Assembly (NCBI GenBank): GCA_038060895.1
Contig: JBBTCT010000009.1
Span: 208,082 to 272,081, forward strand
DNA: 64,000 nt
Direction: 5' to 3'
Source: Planctomycetota bacterium
GTDB lineage: Bacteria > Planctomycetota > MHYJ01 > WSZJ01
In this document: one piece after another, positions 55,438 to 64,000 of the stretch
Layout: each line of letters opens with the position of its first letter
Numbering within the stretch: position 1 is the first letter of the stretch
Program-made: the position numbers and the translations under genes
Notes under the pieces: model-generated
The model's input: the letters and a program-made list of their open reading frames with translations, nothing else
Databases searched by the model: none
Told to the model about the DNA's origin: nothing

Positions 55438-58400
55438 ATGGTTCACCTGCTCGTGCGATTCGAAGGCGCCGAAGAGAAGTTCTCTTTCTCGCAGGACGTC
55501 ATCACACTGGGACGAGTCGCTTCCAACACGATCCAGGTCAAGGACGTCAAGGCCAGCCGCACTCACTGCGAGATCCGCAGAACGGATGCGGGCTGGAAAC
55601 TTGTGGACCTCGAGTCGTCGAACGGGACGACGGTCAACGGCACGAAGGTGAACACCCACGCTCTGGTCCCCGGCGACGTCCTGTCGATCGGCGCTTTCGA
55701 AATGGTTTTCGAGCCCGCCGAGGCCAGTGCCGTCAAGGTTCCTGAAAAGAAGCACGAGGAGCCGATTGAAAAGACCGTCGTGGACAAAGCTCCGTCCAAG
55801 GCTCATCCCCATCTTCATCACGCTGGCGCGGCATCGGAAGCCCCTGCGATGGCGGTTTCCGAGGCCGCTGCCAAGCGTCGTCTCACCTCAATCCTCGTCA
55901 AGAGCGGCGTCGCCGCCGCGGTCCTCATCGCGGGCGTCATCGCGCTGAACTCGATGCGCGGCGAGTGGGCCCGCCGGGACGCCCAGGAAGCCGCCTATAA
56001 TTCCGCGATCAAGCTCGCCGATGCCGGCGAACTCTCCGACGCCGTGACACGGCTCGAATCCTTCGTCAGCAGCAGGCCCGATTCCGATCTCGCGAAGAAA
56101 GCGTCCGCCAAACTGGGCGAGCTGAAAGGCGTCATCGCGAAGCGGACCGAAGAATCCGCCCGCCGGTTTGAAAAAGTCGTCGCAGAACTCCTGGCCCGCC
56201 AGCACGCCACCAGCGCCGCCGTCCGCTTCGACAGCGCGCGATCGCAGGTCGACGCCTACCTCTCGAGCGGCGATTTCTCCGCCGCCGTCGACGAGGCCAA
56301 GCGCTTCATGATGGATTACACCGAAGGCGAGTCGCACGACCGCATGGCGTCCCTGCTCAAGAAGGCCCTCGGCCTGGCCGCGACGGCCTGGGACGACCTG
56401 GAAGCCGAAGCCAACGCCCTCGTCAAGGCGGAGAGATACGCCGAGGCGACGGCCCTTCTCGCCGACGCGCAGGACCGCTTTGCGGGAACGCGCTACGGTT
56501 ACGAGGTCGCTTCCAAGGTCCGCGCCATCGGCCGCCTGTCGGGCGTGACCGCGGCCTACGCTTCCGGCGCCCCCGAAATGTCGGCCCAGGCGCAGGAATC
56601 GATGCTGGCCGTGTCGGACCTGGTGAAGGCGCGGCAGTACGCAGCGGCGCTGAAGGCGTACGACAAAGTGGTCGGCGCGATGGCAGAGAAGGAGCGCGCG
56701 GCCTTTGCGGCGCGGCGCGAGGACATCGCGCGCGAAGCCGGCATTTTCGGGAAGCTTCTCGCAGCGATCAACGACGGCGGCATGAAGGACTACGCGATCG
56801 ACCTCGGCGGCTCCGTGACCGGCCACCTGTCGCAGGCCTCGGACCTCGGCGTCACGATCGAGTTCAAGGACCAGACAGGGAAGGGCGGGACGACCGGACG
56901 CAAGTGGGTGCAGGTCCCGGGCGCCGAAATGCTGGCTTACTTCCGGCAGCTGAAGATGGACGCGATGGAACTGCTCGGGCTGGCGGCCTTCTGCTACGAC
57001 AACCGGCTGCCGCAGGACGGCGCGGACATCCTCAACGACCTCATCAAGGAGCAGGGCTCGATGCAGTCGCCGGCCTACCAGTTCATCGCCCGCGTCCGGT
57101 CCATGGGCGTGCCGAGCGACGGCTTCGTCTTCTTCGAGCGCGGCTGGTACACCCACACGGAATACCTGTACGCGAAGCTGGATTACAAGGCGAAGAAGGC
57201 CGCGACGATGATCGGGAAAATCGACGCGAAGCTCGCGGACCAGGGATATGCGATCTACCAGGAGCTGAAGGGCGACTCCACCCTCGAAGCGGAGTTCATG
57301 GCGAAGGCGACCGGGTACTTCCTGACGGCGCTTCAGGAGAAGCGCCAGGGGATCATGAACGGCCTGAAAAACTCTCAGAACATTGCGAATTTCAAGGCGC
57401 TTCAGGAACTCAAGAAAGAGCTGAACAAGCGCCGGGCCGCGGCGATCGCGATCATCTACGACAAGACGATTTATCCGGACGAGAACCACGGGATTGAAGG
57501 GCAGCCGAAGGTGGACGACGCGGTGGCGCTGGTGAGGGAGCTGTGGGACAAGCCGCTGGCGGTCGTGGCGCGGCTGGACGACGGCGTCCGGGTGCTGGTC
57601 GAGGCCGGCGAGAAGACGAACGCGTGGCTGAAGGAGATGGGGGAAGCGGGGGACGAGGCGGCGATGGAGGAGTACGAGCTGCTGCTGGGGCACGTCAACG
57701 AGACGCTGAACCTGAAGAACGTGTGCCTGGACAAGACGGAGCAGAAGCTGCGCGACTACAACAAGCGGGTTGCCGCCTACAACAAGACCGGCGGCGAGAC
57801 GCAGATGGTGGGCGTGGAGATCGAGTGCGCGAAGATCACGAACGAATACCGCGAGATGATGGGCCGTGCCTACCTGGAACTGGACGACATGCTCGGGAAG
57901 TGCGCGAAAAAGCACAGCCAGGAGATGATTGATCTCGCGTATTTCGCGCACGAGTCGCCGACGGCCCGGCTCCGGACGCCGGGCGACCGTGCGAAGGTAG
58001 AAGGGTATTTGGGGGGCGTGGGCGAAAACATCGCGATGGGTTACGGCGACGCGCGGTCGGCCTTCATGGGCTGGTACAACTCGAGCGGCCACCATCGCAA
58101 CATGCTTTCGGACAGCTGGAACCACATCGGCCTCGGCGCCATCGGCTCGATGTGGACGGAGAACCTCGGTCGCGGCACGAGTCATCTCGGCAGCAAGGCC
58201 GACGACGGCAAAGCTTCTGCGGGCGGGCCGAAACCGAAGAATCCGGTGCGCGCAGGCGTCGATGGACTGCCGACGCGCGGCGAGAAGGAGAAGGGCGCCA
58301 GCAACAAGCCGGCGGCCGGTGGCGACAAGTCCGCGGGAAAGGACCAGCCGGAGAGCCCGCACAAACAGCCTGACGGCAAATGCACGGGCACGACGCCGTA

Positions 58401-58470
58401 TGATGGGGGCATCGGGAACCAGGAAGGTGACGGGAAGAAGAAGGATGCCGGGTCCGAAGAAAAGAAATAG
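55438..58470 (+). CDS. FHA - TM - helical - CAP(SCP) domain protein, copy 1
   Basis: FHA: LGR..ASRTHC..DLESSNGT; TM; CAP: KHSQEM..YFAH..GENIA..WYNSSGHHRNML. Confidence 0.9.
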   Translation: MVHLLVRFEGAEEKFSFSQDVITLGRVASNTIQVKDVKASRTHCEIRRTDAGWKLVDLESSNGTTVNGTKVNTHALVPGDVLSIGAFEMVFEPAEASAVKVPEKKHEEPIEKTVVDKAPSKAHPHLHHAGAASEAPAMAVSEAAAKRRLTSILVKSGVAAAVLIAGVIALNSMRGEWARRDAQEAAYNSAIKLADAGELSDAVTRLESFVSSRPDSDLAKKASAKLGELKGVIAKRTEESARRFEKVVAELLARQHATSAAVRFDSARSQVDAYLSSGDFSAAVDEAKRFMMDYTEGESHDRMASLLKKALGLAATAWDDLEAEANALVKAERYAEATALLADAQDRFAGTRYGYEVASKVRAIGRLSGVTAAYASGAPEMSAQAQESMLAVSDLVKARQYAAALKAYDKVVGAMAEKERAAFAARREDIAREAGIFGKLLAAINDGGMKDYAIDLGGSVTGHLSQASDLGVTIEFKDQTGKGGTTGRKWVQVPGAEMLAYFRQLKMDAMELLGLAAFCYDNRLPQDGADILNDLIKEQGSMQSPAYQFIARVRSMGVPSDGFVFFERGWYTHTEYLYAKLDYKAKKAATMIGKIDAKLADQGYAIYQELKGDSTLEAEFMAKATGYFLTALQEKRQGIMNGLKNSQNIANFKALQELKKELNKRRAAAIAIIYDKTIYPDENHGIEGQPKVDDAVALVRELWDKPLAVVARLDDGVRVLVEAGEKTNAWLKEMGEAGDEAAMEEYELLLGHVNETLNLKNVCLDKTEQKLRDYNKRVAAYNKTGGETQMVGVEIECAKITNEYREMMGRAYLELDDMLGKCAKKHSQEMIDLAYFAHESPTARLRTPGDRAKVEGYLGGVGENIAMGYGDARSAFMGWYNSSGHHRNMLSDSWNHIGLGAIGSMWTENLGRGTSHLGSKADDGKASAGGPKPKNPVRAGVDGLPTRGEKEKGASNKPAAGGDKSAGKDQPESPHKQPDGKCTGTTPYDGGIGNQEGDGKKKDAGSEEKK

Positions 58471-58515
58471 CCAGGGCCGCGTTACGGCCCTAAAGACAAC
58501 CTTGAGGGAAATACC

Positions 58516-61419
58516 ATGAAGCTGGCGATTCGCGTGAACGGGCAGGTCCACGTTTTTGAAACCGATCAGCCTGCCGTGACGTTCGGGCGCTCCCCGGATT
58601 GCGCGATCCAGGTCGGCGACCAGGCCGCAAGCCGGCTTCACTGCCGGCTGGAATCGACGCCGGAGGGGTGGAAGCTTGTCGATCTCGAATCCTCAAACGG
58701 GACGTCGGTTAACGGCCAGCTCACCAACAGCCGCCTCCTCAGGGATGGCGACGTGATCTCGATCGGCGCCTTCTCCGCCGTTTTGAACCCGGCCGCCGTA
58801 ACGCCCGTCGCCGATCCCGTTCGACCACTGCCCGCAGGTCCGGTCGCGCAGGTCGCCCGCGTCGATCACGCCCAGCGGGTCGTGTCTTCCGGCGCTCGCC
58901 GCGAAAAGGACGGAGCGCGCGGCCTGGTCGTCTCAGGCCTGCTCGCGGCTTCGCTCCTCTTCGGAGGCGTCTGGGCCGTCAATCACTTCTATGGCGGCAA
59001 CAACACCGCGGAACAGCGCGCCACGCTCGAAAAGGCATCGCAGCTCGCGTCCAGGGGCGAGCTGGACTCGGCCGAAAAGGCGCTGATCGAACTCCTCAGC
59101 CACCCCGTCGGCTCGGACATCCATAAGGACGCCAAAAAGGCGCTCGCGGACATCCAGGGCAGAATCGCCACGCGCGACGCGAAGGCGAAGCAGGCCGCCG
59201 AGGCCGCCGAGTACGCCGCGGCTTCGACGAAGCGCGCCTCCGATCTCCAGGCCGAATTCGACAAGGCCACGGCCGACGCCGACGCTCTCGTCGTGCAGGA
59301 GGCGTACGGTCCGGCGCTCGACATCTGGAAGCGGTTCAACGCGGACAACCCCGGTTCGGCGCTGTCTGCGAAGGCGGACGCCCGTCTCGCCGAGGTGATG
59401 AAGTCGGTCCAGGATGCCTGGGACGTCCTTGAGAATCGCGCCAACAGTCTTGTGAAGATGGAGGAAACGTCCGCCGCCGCGGCCCTCGTCGGGTCGTCAA
59501 TCGAGAAGTTCCAGGGCACGCGCTTCCAGTTCTCCGCGCAGGACAAACTCGCCGCCCTGAACCGCCTTGCGGGGCTGGGCACCGATGTTGCCGGGACCGG
59601 CTCCAAGCTTTCCTCCAGGACCCAGGACTCCCTTCTCACCGTGCTCGACCTCGTCAAGGCCCGCCGTTACGCGCAGGCCCTTCGCGAAATCGACGGCGTG
59701 CTGTCGGGCGCCGCCGCGGCCGAGAAGGCGAGCCTGGAAGCGCAGCGTGCGGAGATCGCTTCGCAGGCCGCCCTGTTCGGCAAGCTGGTGGACGCCGTGA
59801 ACGGCGGCTGGTTCAAGAGCCGCCCGCTCCAGCTGGCCAACGACATGAGCGCATACCTCGTGACCGCGACCGAGGACACCCTCTCGATCGACTTCCGCGA
59901 CGAGGCAGGCAAGGGCGGGACGACTTCGAAGCGCTGGCACCAGGTCGAGGCCGAAGACATGGTCGGCTACTTCCGGTCGCTGGACCTCAGCTCCGCCGAC
60001 CAGCTCTCGCTCGCCGCCTTCTGCTACAGCAACGCGATGAATTTCACCGCCGCCGAAGTGCTTTACGCCCTGATCCGCAAAGATGCTTCCCGCCAGGCCG
60101 CCGCCTTTGAGCTCGTGGCGCGCCAGCGCGGGATCGCCGTGCCGCAGAACGGATTCCAGTGGTACGAGGGCGGGTTCTACACGCAGGAAGAACTGAAGTT
60201 CGCGAAGCTCGAAGTGGACGCCAAGAAAGGCGCCCAGCTCGTGGCGCAGTCGGATCCGAAGAAGGCCGCTGAGGGGTACGCGCTGTACCAGCGGGTGATG
60301 GCGGACCCGTCCGGCTCGGCCGACCAGAAGGCCCGGGTGAAGGCCCAGTACATGAGCGCCGTCAAGACCCGGAAGGCGGCCCTGCTGAAGAAGCTCCAGG
60401 ATCCGACGGGCGTCGCCAGCGCGATTGCGATGCGCGAGGTGAAGAAGGAGCTGAATGAGCGGCGAGAGGAAGCTCTTCGCCTGATTTTCGACAAGGGGAC
60501 CTATTCGGACGAAGACAAGGGCCGGTCCGGGCAGTCGAAGGTGAATTCGGCGGTCGCGGCCGTCAAGGAGTTGTGGGACAACCCGATGCCGTGGGCCTCG
60601 AAGTCGGTCAAGTCGATCGCGGACCTGGTGAGCGGCGTCGAGCAGTCCAACGAGTGGCTGCGCAGCATGGGCGCCCCGGCGTCCGAGACCGATCCGTCCG
60701 CCGTCTCGTCGGCGTTGTCGGCCGCGGGAGCCGCTATGAATCTGCGCGAGTTCTGCATGACGGCCACGGAACGCATGCTTCTCGATCGTCACAAGGCCGT
60801 GACCGCGTACAACGACGGGCTCAGCGGATTCGAACTTCCGGAAAAGGCCTGCATCCGGGCGATCAACGACTATCGCTTCATGATGGGCCGCGCGGATCTC
60901 GAAGCGCAGGTGCAGCTGGGGACCGCGGCCCGGCAGCACGCTTCCAATATGCACGAAGCCAAGTACTTCTCGCACGAGGGGCCGTTGGCGAGTCGCAAGT
61001 CGCCCGCGGACCGCGCGCGCTACGCCGGTTATCCGGGCGGCGTGATCGGAGAGAACATCGCACAGGGCGTCGAGAGCGCCGGTTCGGTCTTCGAGGCCTG
61101 GTACAACTGGAGCACCTATCACCGGAACATGCTCAGCGACCTCTACACGCAGGTCGGCGCCGGCAAGTCCTGGACGCTCTGGACGGTTGACTTCGGCCGC
61201 GGCGGGTCCGCGATGGGCGCGACGGTAGCGGGCAAGGGCAAGGGCGGTTCCAAGGGGGGCAACCGCGATGGCGGCGGCGCTTCGGGCACCTCCGGCACTT
61301 CGGGCGGCTCCTCGAGCCGTGGCGGAACCAGCGGAAGCAGTGGCGGAATGACAGGTGGAACGAGGGGTGGAGTCGCAGGCGGAGTTGCAGGTGGTTCAAC
61401 CGGCGGCGGAGGATGCTGA
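58516..61419 (+). CDS. FHA - TM - helical - CAP(SCP) domain protein, copy 2
   Basis: FHA: FGR..ASRLHC..DLESSNGT; TM; CAP: QHASNM..YFSH..GENIA..HRNML; Gly/Ser tail ending GGGGC. Confidence 0.9.
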   Translation: MKLAIRVNGQVHVFETDQPAVTFGRSPDCAIQVGDQAASRLHCRLESTPEGWKLVDLESSNGTSVNGQLTNSRLLRDGDVISIGAFSAVLNPAAVTPVADPVRPLPAGPVAQVARVDHAQRVVSSGARREKDGARGLVVSGLLAASLLFGGVWAVNHFYGGNNTAEQRATLEKASQLASRGELDSAEKALIELLSHPVGSDIHKDAKKALADIQGRIATRDAKAKQAAEAAEYAAASTKRASDLQAEFDKATADADALVVQEAYGPALDIWKRFNADNPGSALSAKADARLAEVMKSVQDAWDVLENRANSLVKMEETSAAAALVGSSIEKFQGTRFQFSAQDKLAALNRLAGLGTDVAGTGSKLSSRTQDSLLTVLDLVKARRYAQALREIDGVLSGAAAAEKASLEAQRAEIASQAALFGKLVDAVNGGWFKSRPLQLANDMSAYLVTATEDTLSIDFRDEAGKGGTTSKRWHQVEAEDMVGYFRSLDLSSADQLSLAAFCYSNAMNFTAAEVLYALIRKDASRQAAAFELVARQRGIAVPQNGFQWYEGGFYTQEELKFAKLEVDAKKGAQLVAQSDPKKAAEGYALYQRVMADPSGSADQKARVKAQYMSAVKTRKAALLKKLQDPTGVASAIAMREVKKELNERREEALRLIFDKGTYSDEDKGRSGQSKVNSAVAAVKELWDNPMPWASKSVKSIADLVSGVEQSNEWLRSMGAPASETDPSAVSSALSAAGAAMNLREFCMTATERMLLDRHKAVTAYNDGLSGFELPEKACIRAINDYRFMMGRADLEAQVQLGTAARQHASNMHEAKYFSHEGPLASRKSPADRARYAGYPGGVIGENIAQGVESAGSVFEAWYNWSTYHRNMLSDLYTQVGAGKSWTLWTVDFGRGGSAMGATVAGKGKGGSKGGNRDGGGASGTSGTSGGSSSRGGTSGSSGGMTGGTRGGVAGGVAGGSTGGGGC

Positions 61420-61480
61420 GGGCAGTAACACCCCGCCGGCAGTTGCCGGCAACGGAACGCACGAGACCGAAACTTAACTG

Positions 61481-61518
61481 GCGCACCCCGGAGGCGGAAG
61501 ACGCCTCCGGGGTTGCGC
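61481..61518 (+). other. GC-rich intergenic hairpin without a U-tract
   Basis: GCGCACCCCGGAGGCG / CGCCTCCGGGGTTGCGC between copies 2 and 3. Confidence 0.55.
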
Positions 61519-61545
61519 TTCAAGAAAAGCGGAGAAAGCCACGTC

Positions 61546-64000
61546 ATGATTCGCCTTCTCATCCGGACGGGTGGGCAGAGCCGCGAGCTCTCCTTCGACG
61601 GGGCCGTCGTCAACTTCGGAAGCGGCGCGGAGTGCAAGGTCTGCGTGGACGATCCTCAGGCCGATGCGGAGCAGTGCCGCATTGAAAAGGTCCCCAACGG
61701 CTGGAAGCTCGTTGACCTCGAATCCACGAACGGCACGTCCGTGAACGGTGCCGTCGTGAACGCCCGCCTGCTCAAGGACGGCGACGTTATCCGCATCGGG
61801 GAGTTCGAGGCCGTGTTCAACCCGGGCGGCGCCTCCAGGACAGGCAAGCCGTCGCGCGCCGCGGCCCGCGCGGGAGCCGACGCCATGTTCTGGATCAAGA
61901 CCGGCGGCGTCGCGGCCGCTGTCCTGATCGCCACGGTCGTCGGCATCAAGGTTTTCGTCGGCGACGACAAGGCCGCCGCCCAGCGCGATTCCCTGAAGGC
62001 CGCACAGCAGACGGCCGGTAACGGCGACCTTGAGGCTGCCGAAGCGGCCATCAACGCGCTCCTTTCGGCGCCCATCGACCCGGGCGTCCAGCGTGATGCA
62101 AAGAAATCGCTCGACGACGTGCGCGCGAAGATCGCCTCCCGCAATGAAAGGGAACAAAGGGAACTGGAAGCGGCGATTGCGGCCGAGGAGGCCCGGCGGC
62201 GCGCAGACGAATTCCGGGTTCTGTTTGACGAGGCGACGACCGAGTCCGACCGCCTCGTCGTGCAGGAGAATTTCGGCGAGGCTCTGAACGTCTGGAAGAG
62301 CTTCGCGCGGGAAACGACGGACGCGGAATTCGCTTCAAAAATCGACGGACGCACGAAGGAAGTGCTGAAGGCTTCGCAGGACGCGTGGGATGCGCTGGAG
62401 ACGCGCGCGAACAGTCTGGTGAAAATGGAGGAGTATCCCCAGGCGGCGCTGGCGGTGGCGGCGGCCATCGAGAGATTCCAGGGAACGCGTTTCCGCTACC
62501 GCGCCCAGGAGAAGCTCGAGGGGATCCGCCGCCTGATGGGTGTGACGTCGGCGTACGTCGCCGGCGGCGCGAGCCTTACCGCCGGGGCGCAGGACTCCCT
62601 GCTCGCGATCGACGACCTCGTCAAGGCTCGCCGGTACGGGCAGGCGCTTCGCCAGATCGACGGCCTCCTCTCCTCGGTCACCGCCGACCATTCGGCGGCG
62701 CTTCGGGCCCAGCGCGCAGAAATCGCCGCGCAGGGAGAGTTGTTCGGAAAACTGGTGGCTGCCGTGAACAACGGCTGGTTCACGTCGCACCCGATCGAGC
62801 TCGGAAACGGAACCAGGGCCATCCTGGCGAAGGCGAACGACGAGGTTCTCGACGTCGAGTTCAAGGACGAGGAAGGGAAGGGCGGGACGTCTTCGCGGAA
62901 GTGGCCGCAGGTGGATGCGGAGGACATGCTCGGGTACTTCCGCGCGATCGAACTCGGGCCTGAGGACACGATCGCGCTGGCGGCGTTCTGCTACAGCAAC
63001 GGGCTCACCTTCGCTGGCGCGGAAATTCTGAGCGCAGCGATCGCTTCGGACCCCTTGAAGAAGCCGGCCGCGTTCGAGCTCGTCGCGCGCCACCGCGGCA
63101 TCCCGATTCCCGACGGCGGATTCGTCTGGTACGAGGGCGGCTGGTACACCAGCGAAGAACTGAAGTTCGCGAAGCTCGACCTGGACGTGAAGAAGGCGGC
63201 CCTGCTGCTCGGGAACATCGACGCGAAGAAGGCGGCGGAGGGGATGGCTCTGTACCGCCGCGCGACGAGCGACCCGTCGGCAGGGACCGAAGTGAAGTCG
63301 AAAGCGGTGACGCTCTGCGTCGGCGCCCTCAAGACGCGCCGGACGGCGATCCTGCGGAGGCTGCAGGACAGCCGGGGGCTCGTGAATCCCGCGGTGATGA
63401 CTGCGCTCAAGAAGGACCTGATCAAGCGTCGCCAGGCGGCCATCAAGGTCATCTTCGACGTGAAGATTTACCCCGAAGAGAATCACGGAATCGTCGGGCA
63501 ACCGACCGTGGACGCCGCCGTTGGAAAGGTTCGTGAGCTCTGGGACAACCCGCTTCAGGTGGTTTCGAAAGCAAATCCCGCGATTGAAAACATGATCGCC
63601 GCGAGCCAGCAGACGGACGACTGGCTGCGAGAGCTCGGCGCTTCCGCGACCGAAGCGGAGAAGGCCCTCGTGGCCAAGCTGCTGCTTCAGGTGAACGACG
63701 CGCTCAGCCTGAAGAACTACTGCATCAGCGGAAACGAGCGCTCCCAGCTCGAGAAATTCCGGGCCATCATGTCGTACAACGACCGCCATCTCGGCTTCGA
63801 CTCGCGCGAGAAGGACTGCATCCGGGCCACCAATGAGTACCGCTTCATGCTGGGAATCCAGGCCGTGGAAGCGCAGGACCAGCTGGGCCGCGCGGCGCGT
63901 AAGCACAGCGTGGAGATGGAGAAGCTCGGGTACTTCGCGCACGTCGGGCCGACGAAGGGCCTTGCGACGCCTGGCGAGCGGTGCGCAGCGGAAGGGTATG
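61546..64000 (+). CDS. FHA-like - TM - helical - CAP domain protein, copy 3 (3' end lies outside the window)
   Basis: Not in the ORF track because it has no stop. Manual translation gives MIRLLIRTGG...WKLVDLESTNGTSVNG...KHSVEMEKLGYFAH, colinear with copies 1 and 2. Confidence 0.88.
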   Translation, partial: MIRLLIRTGGQSRELSFDGAVVNFGSGAECKVCVDDPQADAEQCRIEKVPNGWKLVDLESTNGTSVNGAVVNARLLKDGDVIRIGEFEAVFNPGGASRTGKPSRAAARAGADAMFWIKTGGVAAAVLIATVVGIKVFVGDDKAAAQRDSLKAAQQTAGNGDLEAAEAAINALLSAPIDPGVQRDAKKSLDDVRAKIASRNEREQRELEAAIAAEEARRRADEFRVLFDEATTESDRLVVQENFGEALNVWKSFARETTDAEFASKIDGRTKEVLKASQDAWDALETRANSLVKMEEYPQAALAVAAAIERFQGTRFRYRAQEKLEGIRRLMGVTSAYVAGGASLTAGAQDSLLAIDDLVKARRYGQALRQIDGLLSSVTADHSAALRAQRAEIAAQGELFGKLVAAVNNGWFTSHPIELGNGTRAILAKANDEVLDVEFKDEEGKGGTSSRKWPQVDAEDMLGYFRAIELGPEDTIALAAFCYSNGLTFAGAEILSAAIASDPLKKPAAFELVARHRGIPIPDGGFVWYEGGWYTSEELKFAKLDLDVKKAALLLGNIDAKKAAEGMALYRRATSDPSAGTEVKSKAVTLCVGALKTRRTAILRRLQDSRGLVNPAVMTALKKDLIKRRQAAIKVIFDVKIYPEENHGIVGQPTVDAAVGKVRELWDNPLQVVSKANPAIENMIAASQQTDDWLRELGASATEAEKALVAKLLLQVNDALSLKNYCISGNERSQLEKFRAIMSYNDRHLGFDSREKDCIRATNEYRFMLGIQAVEAQDQLGRAARKHSVEMEKLGYFAHVGPTKGLATPGERCAAEGY

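Noticed and set aside
55888-63942. Long minus-strand ORFs (917, 541 and 535 aa) over the FHA-CAP genes
   Set aside because: Antisense shadows typical of high-GC codon bias; no motifs.

Overview
High-GC bacterial chromosomal window, diderm (lptB is present). It is probably Planctomycetota, inferred from a LepB with a large insert, an orphan FtsQ-like gene and a DUF6677-like protein. It carries about 48 CDS and no rRNA, tRNA, CRISPR array or transposase that I can support. Housekeeping genes are yidC, mnmE, nrdR, rfbB, pilT/U, prmA, a ROK kinase, lepA, lepB, lptB and terC. Two redox clusters are present: Rieske/cytochrome b/11-haem cytochrome c, and ferredoxins/YHS-cytochrome c'/di-haem cytochrome. 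A 5'-truncated alpha-2-macroglobulin opens the window. Two loci stand out. (1) A tandem array of at least three ~1000-aa paralogues with architecture FHA - single TM - long helical region - CAP/SCP domain, behind a sigma54-type promoter; the third copy has lost the FHA phosphothreonine-binding residues. (2) A protein made of three ATPase-less PilT N-terminal-like domains directly upstream of pilT/U. All domain calls are by eye from motifs, not from database searches.
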